Assembly (NCBI GenBank): GCA_040752415.1
Contig: JBFMGU010000008.1
Coordinates: forward strand, 1-64,000
DNA from: Myxococcota bacterium
Lineage (GTDB): Bacteria; Myxococcota; JACRCW01
DNA: 64,000 bases
Direction: 5' to 3'
Shown here: one piece after another, positions 1 through 9,439 of the stretch
Position numbering within the stretch: position 1 is the first letter of the stretch
Layout: each line of letters starts with the position of its first letter
Notes under the pieces: model-generated
The model's input: only the letters and a program-made list of their open reading frames with translations
Told to the model about the DNA's origin: nothing
The model's database searches: none
Made by a program: the position numbers and the translations under genes

Positions 1-46
1 TTGTGATACCCTGGACAGTATCATGTTTGAAGACCTGCTCGAGGGG

Positions 47-484
47 CACCCCGTCCCGGCCAGGTCTTCCGCGACCGCACCGTCACGCCCCAACCCCACG
101 CCTTTGGGACCCGGAGGGCTCACGCCACGACGACGGCGTTCACCTGCTCGGTCGGCCCCAGCGCCGGCACCGTAGCGCGAGGCCTCCGGGGTGGCACCCT
201 CGGACGTGCCTGGAACGTCACGGTCGTCGTTCTCCCAAAAGGCGTGGGGTTGGGGCGTGACGGCGGGCTCGCGGAAAGCCGACGCCCCCGGGGGGTGGCC
301 CTCAGGGGGTCCTCAGATGTGATACCATTCGAAGTATCATTCTTGAAACGGGCGGAAGGGCCACCCCGTCCCGGCCAGGTCTTCCGCGACCGCACCGTCA
401 CGCCCCAACCCCACGCCTTTGGGACCCGGAGGGCTCACGCCACGACGACGGCGTTCACCTGCTCGGTCAGCCCCAGCGCCGGCA
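47..484. repeat. 123-bp direct repeat (47-169 and 362-484) that includes the last 16 codons and stop of the GT2 gene
   Basis: The two copies are identical except g154/a469; period 315 bp. The left copy encodes VPALGPTEQVNAVVVA* on the minus strand, against MPALGLTEQVNAVVVA* in the real gene. Confidence 0.95.
233..424. repeat. ~190-bp imperfect palindromic element (MITE/REPIN-like) centred on TGATAC-N8-GTATCA
   Basis: Arms 233-263 and 395-424 are reverse complements with one indel. Inner pairs are 269-276/382-389 and 292-302/357-367, and the central palindrome is 320-339. The right half of a second copy occupies 1-109 (palindrome 4-23). Confidence 0.85.
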
Positions 485-1457
485 TCTCCGCCCGCACCGA
501 CGGACGCGCGCCATGCGTGCCAATGGCCACCACCGCCACCGGCGAGGTGGGCTCCCCCATCAGTCGCGGCAGCTCCCGCACCGGCCACACCCGCACACCG
601 CCCTCACCCATGAGCCGTCCGCCCACCTTGCGCGGGTCCGCGTCGACGTGCCCGTACACCGTGACCCCGTGCCCGATGAGCACGCGCGCCGCCGCCTTCC
701 CCTCCAGCCCCGCGCCGACCATCACCACGCCCCGCGCCCGCAGCGCGAAATGCTGCACCAGGTGATGCAACCGGCACGCGCGGATGGCGTGCAGCGAATA
801 GCACCCGCTCCGACGGGAGAGTCGCGTCTCACCCTCGCGCCAGAAATGCAGCACCCCGGTGGGCTTGGCCATGCGCACGCCCCTGCCGTGCAGGCGCAGC
901 CACAGGTCGTAGTCCTCGGGCCAGGGCACGTCGTGGTAGCCGCCGGCCGCGCGCAGCACCTCGGCGCGGAAGCAGGCGGTGGGGTGGCAGATGGGTGCTT
1001 CCACGTAGATGTCGCGGGCGTGCTCCTCCGGGGTGCGCAGCGCGCTCAGCCACGCGTCATAGGCCACGCGCCGCTCGGTCACGCGGGAGGCGGGGAAGCT
1101 CAGCACCTCGGTGCCGCACACGCCCACGTCGGGGCGCGCGGACAGCAGCTGCTCCTGCGCGGCCAGGCGGTGGGGATGGCTGACGTCGTCGGCGTCCATG
1201 CGCGCGATGAGCTCCCCGCCGCACTCCGCCAGCCCGCGGTTGAGCGCGCGTGCAATCCCCCGCCCCTCCCCGCGCACCACCTTCAACGGCAGCCGCCGCG
1301 CCCACGACGAGAGCACCGCGTAGGTGGCATCCGCGCTCGCGTCATCCACAACGACGATCTCGTCCGCCGGCCGACTCTGGCGCGCCAGCGAGCGCAGCGC
1401 CGCGGGGAGCCAGCGCGCGCCGTCCTTCACCGGCATGAGCACGGAGATGCGGGTCAC
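435..1457 (-). CDS. Glycosyltransferase family 2 with C-terminal Rossmann-like extension
   Basis: ISVLMPVKDG, VVDDAS, ARMDADD (DxD) and EDYDLWLR motifs. GTG 1457 assumed as start; the ORF is open to 1496. Confidence 0.9.
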   Translation of the reverse strand: MTRISVLMPVKDGARWLPAALRSLARQSRPADEIVVVDDASADATYAVLSSWARRLPLKVVRGEGRGIARALNRGLAECGGELIARMDADDVSHPHRLAAQEQLLSARPDVGVCGTEVLSFPASRVTERRVAYDAWLSALRTPEEHARDIYVEAPICHPTACFRAEVLRAAGGYHDVPWPEDYDLWLRLHGRGVRMAKPTGVLHFWREGETRLSRRSGCYSLHAIRACRLHHLVQHFALRARGVVMVGAGLEGKAAARVLIGHGVTVYGHVDADPRKVGGRLMGEGGVRVWPVRELPRLMGEPTSPVAVVAIGTHGARPSVRAEMPALGLTEQVNAVVVA

Positions 1458-1508
1458 GTTGGCAGGGGTGATGACGCAAAAGGCGGTCCCGCGCAAATGG
1501 ACGCGCGG

Positions 1509-2927
1509 CTACTTCACCACCCAGCGGTGACGACGAGGCCAGCGCAGCAGGTTGCGCGTGAGGTAGACCGCGGCCCACAGTCCCCCGGCCAGCCCGCAGG
1601 CCAACGCCGCCACCCACGGCTGCAGCTCGCGACTCAGGGTGAGGCTCACCGTCAGCCCGCCCAGCACCACCCCCAGCACCGCCGGACGCACCAGGCGACG
1701 GCCCCGCCGGATGTCCTGCATGGCCACGTGCTCCAGGTCGCGGTCGACGCGCGCGGGCCACATGGTCTCCTGCGAGAGCGCCAGCACCAGCTCCCTGACG
1801 CGCGCCAGCATCATCACCCGCGGCACCGGTCGCAGGATGCGCAGCCGCGCCGCCAGCTGTCGCAGCGCCCGCTCCCACTGGCCCTGCGCCTCCGCCAGCC
1901 CCAACCGCGCCGCCAACGCCGCCGCGCGCACGCCCACCTCCGAGGTGTGGGGCCCGCGCAGCGCCTGACGAAGCACCGCGCGCGCCTCGTCGGGACGGGT
2001 GGGCGCCAGGACCCGCGCCAGCGCCACCTGCGCCTCGGTGAGCCCGGTGGCATGGCCCTCCCGTCGCCACAGCTCGGCGGCGGCGCGCGCGTCCCGTTCC
2101 GCGGCCCGGGGACGACGGGAAAGCTCCCCGCGTGCGTGCGCCACCATCATGCGCGCCCGCGCCGCCAGGTCCCGACCCGCCTCCCCGCGCAACCCCCGCC
2201 ACAGCTCACGCGCCACCTCCTGGTGTCCCCCCGCCACCGCCACGTCCAGCGCCGCGCACCACGCCGCCAGCCGTGCGCCGTCGCCCCGCGGCAGGCCCCG
2301 CGCCGCCTCCCGCCCCCGCCGGGCAAACCGCGCGGCACCCCGCAGGTCACCCTCCCCCAGGCGCAGCTCCGCGGCCATGGCCCACAGGCGCGCCGCCATG
2401 CTCACGCACCCCAGCTGCTCCATCCCCAGCGCCGTGGCCTCCGCCGCCACCGAGCTGCTCTGCTCCAACAGCGCGGGCTCCGTCCGACGCCACACCGCCC
2501 ACAGCCGCTGCCCGTCGCTGGGCTGACCGTCCGCGCCCAACAGGTCCCACGGCAGCAGGTTCACCACCATGAGCAGCAGGTGCGCCCACGCCCCCAGCTG
2601 CCAGAACGCACCCGGCGCGCCCAGCATGGTGAACCCGCACAGGAGGTTCACCACCGGACCGCCAGCCAGCATCCACAGCAGCTGGTCCCGTCGGGCCAGA
2701 AGGCCCACCGGCTCCGTCCACGTGGTGGCGCTGCGCCACGACCCGCGCCCCACGAACAGCACCACGCCCAGGAGCGAGACGCGTCGCGCGCGCCAGGGCA
2801 TCCCCAGCCCCACCGCGCGCACCCGCAAACCCTTGACCACCGCGCCCAGCGCGTGACCCGCCTCGTGGAGCACAATGCCCACGCACAGGTGCACCGCCAG
2901 GATCAGCAACAGCTCGGTGGGTTCCAC
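1509..2927 (-). CDS. Site-2 protease (M50 family) membrane metalloprotease with TPR-like helical C-terminus
   Basis: LHEAGH (HExxH), AGGPVVN and NLLP...SDG motifs; hydrophobic segments; GTG 2927 assumed as start. Confidence 0.8.
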   Translation of the reverse strand: MEPTELLLILAVHLCVGIVLHEAGHALGAVVKGLRVRAVGLGMPWRARRVSLLGVVLFVGRGSWRSATTWTEPVGLLARRDQLLWMLAGGPVVNLLCGFTMLGAPGAFWQLGAWAHLLLMVVNLLPWDLLGADGQPSDGQRLWAVWRRTEPALLEQSSSVAAEATALGMEQLGCVSMAARLWAMAAELRLGEGDLRGAARFARRGREAARGLPRGDGARLAAWCAALDVAVAGGHQEVARELWRGLRGEAGRDLAARARMMVAHARGELSRRPRAAERDARAAAELWRREGHATGLTEAQVALARVLAPTRPDEARAVLRQALRGPHTSEVGVRAAALAARLGLAEAQGQWERALRQLAARLRILRPVPRVMMLARVRELVLALSQETMWPARVDRDLEHVAMQDIRRGRRLVRPAVLGVVLGGLTVSLTLSRELQPWVAALACGLAGGLWAAVYLTRNLLRWPRRHRWVVK

Positions 2928-3006
2928 GTCCCCGCATCCTGGCAGAGCCCACGGCAGCGCGCATCCCGTTGGACCACCGCAGCGACGTCTGGTAGCGCTC
3001 CCACCC

Positions 3007-3753
3007 ATGACTACCAGCACGCTCTCCCCGCCGGTTCCCCTCACCTCCCGCTCGTTGGATTTCGCGGCGGTGTTGGGCGGCGCGGCGGCGGGCACCGCGG
3101 GCATTGTGCTGCTGTTCAACGAGCCCACCGCGCTGCTGGTGTTCATGCTCCTGTTGTGCGGCGTGCTGCTCCTGCGCTGGCACACCCGCGCGGACCTGCT
3201 GGGCCTTCTGGTGGGGCTGAGCTTTGGCAACCTCACAGAGGTGCTGTGCGACGCCACCGGCGTGTGGGTCCACGCCACGCGTGCCTTCCTCGACGTGGCG
3301 CCGTTCTACATCCTGGTCTGCTACCCCATCCTGGGCTTCACGGTGCCGCACCTGATGAACGCGCTGGCGGGTCGGGCGCGGGAGCGTGGGGAGGGGAGCG
3401 CGCGGGCCCTGCGCGACGCGCTGCTGCTCTGGGGCACCCACCTGGGATTGAGCTGCCTCTTCGGGACGCGGAACGCGCCGGAGGCGGTGGTGTGCGTGGT
3501 GCTCCTGGGCCTGACCTTGTGGCGCTTCCACACCGTGCATGACCTGTGGACCGCCGCGTTTGGCGCCGTGCTGGGCCTGGTCTGGGAGATCCCCGCCACC
3601 GTCTCGGGCGCCTGGCACTTCCCCGCGCCGCAGCTCATGGGCCTCATCCCCGCGTGGCTGCCGCTCGCCTACGCCGTCTTCTTCGTGAACCTGGGTCGCA
3701 TCACCGTCTCGCTGCAGGAGATTCTGCTCGGCGGGCGTCGCGCGGACCCGTGA
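3007..3753 (+). CDS. Multi-pass membrane protein (DUF2878-like, internally duplicated)
   Basis: Two repeats of the pattern E..C/A...GxW....F/P; about 7 hydrophobic segments. Confidence 0.65.
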   Translation: MTTSTLSPPVPLTSRSLDFAAVLGGAAAGTAGIVLLFNEPTALLVFMLLLCGVLLLRWHTRADLLGLLVGLSFGNLTEVLCDATGVWVHATRAFLDVAPFYILVCYPILGFTVPHLMNALAGRARERGEGSARALRDALLLWGTHLGLSCLFGTRNAPEAVVCVVLLGLTLWRFHTVHDLWTAAFGAVLGLVWEIPATVSGAWHFPAPQLMGLIPAWLPLAYAVFFVNLGRITVSLQEILLGGRRADP

Positions 3754-4616
3754 GCCCCCGCGCCACCCTCGGCCTCGCCGCGGCGTTGGTGCTGCTGCTG
3801 ACGTCGTCACCGGCGCTGGCCCAGGAACCCACGACGGAAGCGCCGCCGGCCACGACGGAACAACCGCCCACCACGACGGAAGAACCCGCTCCCGAGGTGG
3901 AGTCCCTGGAGGACAACGCCAGGCGCGTGGCCCAGGGGACGGCCGCGGGCGCGGGGGCAACCGGAGCGTGCCTGCTGGTGGCGGGCGCGGTCGACGCCGT
4001 GGTCTCGGTGGCCACCGGGCTGGTCATGGGCCTGATGTGCCTCTGCCTGATCAACGGGCTCGCGAACTCCTGCGGCAGCGGTCCGCTCCCGTCGGAGACG
4101 GTGGCGCAGATTGTCCTGCTGGTGTCCAGCACCACGACGGTGGGCATGTTCCTGGGCGCGCTGCTGCAGCTGGGTCCGCTCTTCCCGGTGGTGGACCTCG
4201 TCGCGTTCGCGGTGGCCCTGGGCGTGGAGAGCGGCTCGTGGTGGAAGGCGCTGCTGGGCGCGGCGGTGGGCCTCTTTCCCACGGTGCTCGGTGCGTTGGT
4301 GATGGTCGCGGCGGTGACGGCCATTGCGTCCAGCCAGTTCCTGGGTCAGCTCTGGTATGCGGCGGTGACGGTGAATGGCTGGCCGCTGGAGACGCTGTAC
4401 GTCGGGCTGGCGGTGGGCGTGGGGTCGGCGCTGCTCTTGTACGCGACGGGCCTGGTGCTCTCGCTGGTGGGCGCGTGGGCGGTGCGTCCGGTGCTCACCA
4501 CGCTGCTCACCACGCGCCTGCCGCACGCGCCCTGGGCGGATTCCCCGTCGACACCACCCGGCGCACACGCTCCCGACCCCGTTGTGCCTCCGGACGCGCG
4601 CGGCGCCGAAAGGTAG
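3750..4616 (+). CDS. Hypothetical membrane protein with signal peptide and Pro/Thr/Glu linker
   Basis: GTGA overlap with the upstream stop; ALA-Q signal cleavage motif; several TM segments. Confidence 0.7.
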   Translation: MSPRATLGLAAALVLLLTSSPALAQEPTTEAPPATTEQPPTTTEEPAPEVESLEDNARRVAQGTAAGAGATGACLLVAGAVDAVVSVATGLVMGLMCLCLINGLANSCGSGPLPSETVAQIVLLVSSTTTVGMFLGALLQLGPLFPVVDLVAFAVALGVESGSWWKALLGAAVGLFPTVLGALVMVAAVTAIASSQFLGQLWYAAVTVNGWPLETLYVGLAVGVGSALLLYATGLVLSLVGAWAVRPVLTTLLTTRLPHAPWADSPSTPPGAHAPDPVVPPDARGAER

Positions 4617-4707
4617 GTCCCAGGACGATTCGGGGGGCGGCAGCTTTGACGGTGATGTCCGCGTCCCGGGTGCCACTCGACGCGGCCGTGACCGTCAGGA
4701 GGACGTC

Positions 4708-5199
4708 ATGGACAAGTCGCGCGACGCCGAAAGATTCCAGGAGTTCATCAAGGACATCCGCGTGGCCATGTTGACCACGGTGGACCAGGACGGAGAGCTG
4801 CGCAGCCGCCCCATGGCCACCCAGGCCCAGGCATCCGACGGGGCGGTATTCTTCTTCACCCGCGACAACACCGCCAAGACCCAGGAGATCGGCCGGCACC
4901 AGGAGGTGAACCTCAGCTACGCCTCCCCTGACGACGAGCGCTTCGTCTCCGTCTCGGGCCACGCCGAGGTGATTCACGACCGGCAGAAGATGTCGGAGAT
5001 GTGGAGACCCATCCACCGCGCCTGGTTCCCCCAGGGCCTGGATGACCCAGCCCTGGCGCTCATCAAGGTGAACATCACCAAGGCGGAATACTGGGACGCG
5101 TCGTCGAATCGCATGGTGCAGCTCGCGGGCGTCGTGGGCGCCGTCCTCAAGGGCAAGACCTACGAGCCGGGTGAGCAAGGCAAGATGGACCTGCACTGA
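4708..5199 (+). CDS. Pyridoxamine 5'-phosphate oxidase-like FMN-binding general stress protein
   Basis: AGGAGG RBS; AMLTT, LRSRPM, FVSVSG, WFPQGLDDP and AEYWD motifs. Confidence 0.9.
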   Translation: MDKSRDAERFQEFIKDIRVAMLTTVDQDGELRSRPMATQAQASDGAVFFFTRDNTAKTQEIGRHQEVNLSYASPDDERFVSVSGHAEVIHDRQKMSEMWRPIHRAWFPQGLDDPALALIKVNITKAEYWDASSNRMVQLAGVVGAVLKGKTYEPGEQGKMDLH

Positions 5200-5235
5200 G
5201 CCCTGTGGGTCGGTGAATCCCGAAAAGGAAGTCAG

Positions 5236-6712
5236 GGTCTGTCGAAGAATTGAGAGTGGGAAGCCGCGGACGCTGACACGAGCGCTGACTGCGGCCGATT
5301 GGCCGAGGCGCGGGGTCGGGCGATGGTTGCCCTGCGGTTGAGATGGGCGATGTTGCTTGGTCTGGAGCCTCCTTGGCGGGTGGGCCGGCCTGCGGGCTAG
5401 CCCAGCACGCTGTGAGCGTGCTGCAGAATGTTGGATGCGATGGCGCTCATCAGCACCACGGATGTCACCTTGGGTATGCCACGCACCAGAAACTGCGTGA
5501 TTCCGTGATGGGTCTTCTGGTTCGCGTTGGCCAACTCCACCAGCCCGCTGCGAGCGCGGTACAGCTCCTTGGCCTCGTCGGTTTCCATTCGCCTGCGCCA
5601 GGCCAGAACCTCGGGGTCAGCGTTTTTCATCTCGTCCAGAGCCTTAGCGCCCTTCATGGGCGGCACAATGACGTCGATACCGCGTCGGCGCGCCTCGGCG
5701 ATGTCCTCATGATTGGCGTGGCCACCATCAGCTAGGACGGTTTGTGGCCGCTGGCCGGTGCGCTCTTCAATCTGTTCGGCCATGGGTGTGATGGAGCTTC
5801 TGTCGCTGCCGACGTTGGTGACCTCCACGCCGACGATGGTCCTGGGTCCACCCATGGGGGAGCCGGCCACGGCGTACTGGACGTTGTACGCCGGGCGATA
5901 GCCTCCATCGGGCATCTTCATGACCCGCGCGTCGGCATCGGTGGTGGAGGCACGCGCAGGCTTGTCCGTGGGCAAACGCTCCTTCTGCAGTGTTTGCACT
6001 GTCGCCATGGCAGCCTCGACGCGGGCCTGGAATTCCCGTGCTGCCACTTCTCGTCGTGCGTGCTGCGCCCGCGTGTATTGCGGGTCATCGGCAGCGGCCA
6101 AAACCGCCTTGAGATGCAGGGCCGCCTGCTCGCGGCATTCCTTAAGCGAGCCATAGGTCCGGAACGATGGGGCGCTGGCCGCAGCGCGCGTGCGGGTGCC
6201 GTCCTGCGCGACGAGTTCCAAGGACAGCAGGCCCTTCTCCATCAAGGACGCCAGGACATCGGTGAACAACGCGTTGAGAGCCTCGGTTTGCGTTGCCCGG
6301 AAGGCGCTCAACTTGTGGTGCGTGATCGAGAGGTCTCCCACGATCCACCGATAGGCGATGTCTGTCGACGTCAACCGCGCAACCTCTCGCGCGCTGCCGA
6401 CCCCCTGGGAAATTCCGTAGAGCCACAGCGTCAGTACCATTCGCGGGCTCAACGGTGGGCGGCCCGCCCGTCCCTCGACCGAGCCACACGCCGCAGCGAA
6501 GGGCGATAAGTCAACCCGGCCAAGCACCTCCCAGATCAAGCGGGCGGGATGGTCGGCCGCCAAGATGTCATCCGGCATCTCGAATCGGATCTCTCCTTGG
6601 GCACGCTGAGGCTCAAGGATGCGGGGCTTGGGAGAGGCGGTCTTGGTCATGGCTGGATGATCGGGGAACCTGCACCGGAGTTGATCCGCCGCTTCGATTT
6701 TTCGACAGACCT
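5236..6712 (-). mobile_element. IS1182-family insertion sequence (~1.48 kb)
   Basis: Terminal IRs GGTCTGTCGAAGAATTGA (5236-5253) and the reverse complement of GGTCTGTCGAAAAATCGA (6694-6711), 2 mismatches. Flanking TCAG duplication at 5232-5235 and 6713-6716. Lower GC than the flanks; single transposase. Confidence 0.9.
5397..6650 (-). CDS. IS1182-family DDE transposase
   Basis: DHPAR, GRPPLSPRMVLTLWLYG, SAREVAR, AQDGT, STTDADARVMK, AYNVQ, LADGG and R..LVE motifs. Confidence 0.92.
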   Translation of the reverse strand: MTKTASPKPRILEPQRAQGEIRFEMPDDILAADHPARLIWEVLGRVDLSPFAAACGSVEGRAGRPPLSPRMVLTLWLYGISQGVGSAREVARLTSTDIAYRWIVGDLSITHHKLSAFRATQTEALNALFTDVLASLMEKGLLSLELVAQDGTRTRAAASAPSFRTYGSLKECREQAALHLKAVLAAADDPQYTRAQHARREVAAREFQARVEAAMATVQTLQKERLPTDKPARASTTDADARVMKMPDGGYRPAYNVQYAVAGSPMGGPRTIVGVEVTNVGSDRSSITPMAEQIEERTGQRPQTVLADGGHANHEDIAEARRRGIDVIVPPMKGAKALDEMKNADPEVLAWRRRMETDEAKELYRARSGLVELANANQKTHHGITQFLVRGIPKVTSVVLMSAIASNILQHAHSVLG

Positions 6713-6756
6713 TCAGAAGTCAGAATGCGCCACCGCGACGACGAGGGGTAAGCACC

Positions 6757-6795
6757 TTCTGACTTCTGAATTCTGACTTCTGACTCCCTTTTCGG
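6757..6795. repeat. 4 x TTCTGA(C/A) heptamer tandem; right arm of a hairpin interrupted by the IS
   Basis: ttctgac ttctgaa ttctgac ttctgac tcccttttcgg; complementary to ccgaaaaggaagtcag|aagtcagaa, which the IS splits. Confidence 0.85.
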
Positions 6796-6809
6796 ACTCT
6801 CCGACACCC

Positions 6810-7196
6810 TCAGATGGGCCGCACGAAGTTCAGCCGGTAACCGTCGGGGTCGGTGACCACCACCTCGCGCGTGTGCCAGGGCTGGTCGCGCGGTCCGTCG
6901 ACGACGGCGCCCTGCGCGCGCGCCCGCTGCGCCACCGTGTCCACGTCGGGATCCAGCGCGGTGAAGCCCACCAGCACGCCCGTGCCCCGCTTCCCCTCCA
7001 GCGCCATCCCCGACGGCGTGTGCACCAGGTACAGGTCCGCGCGCGAGGCCCAGCGCAGGTGCACGAACACCGCGTCGCGTCCCGCCTCCTCGAATCCCAG
7101 CGCAAGGTAGAACGCCACGCTCCGCCCCACGTCGGAGACCAGCAGCTTCACGAAGGCGGCCATGGGCTGGGGCCGGTGCCCGTTGGTGGTGCTCAT
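6810..7196 (-). CDS. VOC/glyoxalase family protein
   Basis: LLVSDVGRSVAFY..LGF and P.DQPW..RE....DPDGYRL motifs. Confidence 0.9.
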   Translation of the reverse strand: MSTTNGHRPQPMAAFVKLLVSDVGRSVAFYLALGFEEAGRDAVFVHLRWASRADLYLVHTPSGMALEGKRGTGVLVGFTALDPDVDTVAQRARAQGAVVDGPRDQPWHTREVVVTDPDGYRLNFVRPI

Positions 7197-7284
7197 GCGG
7201 CGGGCTGTATGTCACGGGCCGGCGCGCACGCTCAACGCGCGGGCGGCGTGACGAAGTCGAAATCACACGCCATACTCCCGGGCC

Positions 7285-7947
7285 ATGGGGTGGGAGCGCG
7301 CAAAGCACGTCTGGGTGCGGGCCTGCGTCGTGGTGGCGGCGTTGGGGCAGGCCGCGTGTGTGCAGTGTCGCGACGGGGAGGTCCGGCAGGGCAACCAGTG
7401 CCTCCGCCCCTGCAACGTCGACAGCGACTGCGCGGGCACCCAGCGGTGCGAGGACGGCGTGTGCCAGGACGGCCAGCGCGTCAGCCCCACGCTCACCGGG
7501 GACGGCGGCATCCCCGACGCGGCACGCGCCCCCGACGCGGCCACCCGCGACGCCAGCGCGCCCGACGCCCACGGCGGGGACGCTGGAGCACGGGATGCCA
7601 GTCGCGACGCGGGTGGCACCGACGCCGGCGGGGTCGACGCCACCGTGCCCGACGCGGGTCCACCCGACGCCACACTCCCGGATGCGGGTGGTGTCGACGC
7701 GGGAGGGGGGCCGCTGCCCTGCCCCGCGGTCAACCTGGGCGGCGCAACCTGCGACGTGGTGTGCCCGACCTATCGACTCCTGGTGTCCGAGGGGTACGAC
7801 CCCGCCACGCGCAGCGGCCTGTGGATGTGTGGTGGACCGTCGTCGTGGATGGGGACTTCCGTGGGCGGCGGGTGGACCGTCACGCCGGTGAGCCCCACGT
7901 TGCGCACGCGCGCCCCCCTGGCGGGTGGTCCCTTCTGGGTTCGTTGA
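7285..7947 (+). CDS. Cys-rich putative lipoprotein with low-complexity D-A-G linker
   Basis: Hydrophobic leader ending QAAC; C-x-x-D-S-D-C module; repeated PDAG/RDAS. Confidence 0.65.
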   Translation: MGWERAKHVWVRACVVVAALGQAACVQCRDGEVRQGNQCLRPCNVDSDCAGTQRCEDGVCQDGQRVSPTLTGDGGIPDAARAPDAATRDASAPDAHGGDAGARDASRDAGGTDAGGVDATVPDAGPPDATLPDAGGVDAGGGPLPCPAVNLGGATCDVVCPTYRLLVSEGYDPATRSGLWMCGGPSSWMGTSVGGGWTVTPVSPTLRTRAPLAGGPFWVR

Positions 7948-7959
7948 GTGGAGGAGAGC

Positions 7960-9267
7960 ATGATGCACCGCACGCGGGTGGCGTTCCTGGTGGGTGTGGC
8001 GGCGTTGGTGACGTCGTGGGAGGCGCGGGCGGGGTCCGGCGCGGCACGCCGCGTGATTCCCTACGAGGCCACGCTGGAGGAGAACGGCCTGCCCATCAGC
8101 GCCACCGTCCCCATGGTCTTCAGCCTCTACGCCGACAGCGCCGACCAGGCCCCGCTGTGGGAGGAGTCGGCGGTGGTGGACATCCAGGCCGGCCGCTTTG
8201 CCGTGCTGCTGGGCAATGACGCCACCAATGCCCTCCCCGACGACGTGTTCAGCGCTCCCGACCTGCAGCTGGGCCTGGAGATCAACGGCACGCCACTGGC
8301 CGGACGACAGCAGCTGCTCCCCGCGCTCCTGGCCACCCACGCCGCGGGCTCGCTGGACATGACGGTGAAGGGCGGATTGACCGTCCAGGGCGCCGAGCCC
8401 TCCGTCACGCTGGCCCAGGAGGCCTCCGCGGGCGACGGGGCCCAAACCTTCCGGCTGCTGGCCAGCGAGTCCGGGTTCTTCGTCGAGGACATCACCGGGG
8501 GCAACCGCAGGCCGCTGCAGATCCGGCCCGGCGCGCCCACGAGCTCGCTGGTGGTGAGCGCCTCCGGCCGCGTGGGTGTGGGCCATCCCGACCCGCAGCA
8601 GCTGCTCCACGTGCAGGGGGTCGACGGTGCCACGCAACTGCGTGTCGACGAGCTGAGCGGCACCACGACGTCGCGCTCCCTGCTGGCGCTGCGCAACAAC
8701 GGCGGCGTGAAGATGTCCCTGGAAGACTCCAGCACGGGCAGCACGTGGACGGTGGGGCTGGAGAACGGGAACCTCCGGATGGTCAGGGGCATCCTCGGCG
8801 TGACGGCGTTCAACCTCGAGGGAAGCGGCAACCTCACCATCGGCGGCACACTCACCCAGAACTCCGACGCGCGGCTCAAGGAGGACCTTGCCGTCGTCGA
8901 GCGGCCCCTGCAGCGGCTGGCCAGCATCCGGGGATGGACCTACCGGCGCGTGGACCAGCCGGGTGAGCCGCGACAGATGGGCCTGCTGGCGCAGGAGGTG
9001 GAGCGCGCGTTCCCCGAGGCCGTGCGCGTTGGCCCCGACGGGACGCGCGCGGTGGCCTACACCTCCCTGGTGGCCCCGCTGGTGGAAGCCGCCCATGCGC
9101 TCGACACCCGCCTGACGACGACGGAACAACAGACCGCGCAGTGCCAGGCCAGGTTGCGCACGGACGCGGAGCGCATTGCCGCGTTGGAAAACGCGCTGGC
9201 CGAGCGCGACGCGCGCCTCAAGCGCCTGGAAGAGCAGGTGGCCCGCCTGGCCGCCCGGCAGCCGTGA
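7960..9267 (+). CDS. Secreted trimeric fibre/adhesin-like protein with peptidase S74 intramolecular chaperone and coiled-coil tail
   Basis: Signal peptide; IPYEATL N-domain; GRVGVG..P...LHV fibre motif; SDARLKED, GLLAQEVE and AVAY..LV.PLVEA motifs; GGAG RBS. Confidence 0.85.
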   Translation: MMHRTRVAFLVGVAALVTSWEARAGSGAARRVIPYEATLEENGLPISATVPMVFSLYADSADQAPLWEESAVVDIQAGRFAVLLGNDATNALPDDVFSAPDLQLGLEINGTPLAGRQQLLPALLATHAAGSLDMTVKGGLTVQGAEPSVTLAQEASAGDGAQTFRLLASESGFFVEDITGGNRRPLQIRPGAPTSSLVVSASGRVGVGHPDPQQLLHVQGVDGATQLRVDELSGTTTSRSLLALRNNGGVKMSLEDSSTGSTWTVGLENGNLRMVRGILGVTAFNLEGSGNLTIGGTLTQNSDARLKEDLAVVERPLQRLASIRGWTYRRVDQPGEPRQMGLLAQEVERAFPEAVRVGPDGTRAVAYTSLVAPLVEAAHALDTRLTTTEQQTAQCQARLRTDAERIAALENALAERDARLKRLEEQVARLAARQP

Positions 9268-9439
9268 CGCGGGCGCGCGGGTGATGCCTGCACGCATCAG
9301 CTTCTGACAACACCGCCCGGCACGCCGGACCGGGTGGGTGCGCCAAGTCCGCGACCTCCCTCGCCCCGCGCCCCGTGGCGCCCCCCTTGCAGCCCGCCCC
9401 ACGCCGCCGCGCACCTCACGCGTGGCCATGGGAGGCTGC

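Noticed and set aside
513..3542. 1009-aa + strand ORF and similar long ORFs (6613-9612, 17680-19974, 36514-38274, 42671-44773)
   Set aside because: Arg/Pro/His-rich antisense or off-frame shadows of well-supported genes, expected at ~70% GC.
7960..9267. Prophage remnant
   Set aside because: No capsid, terminase, integrase or other tail genes nearby, and the protein has a signal peptide.
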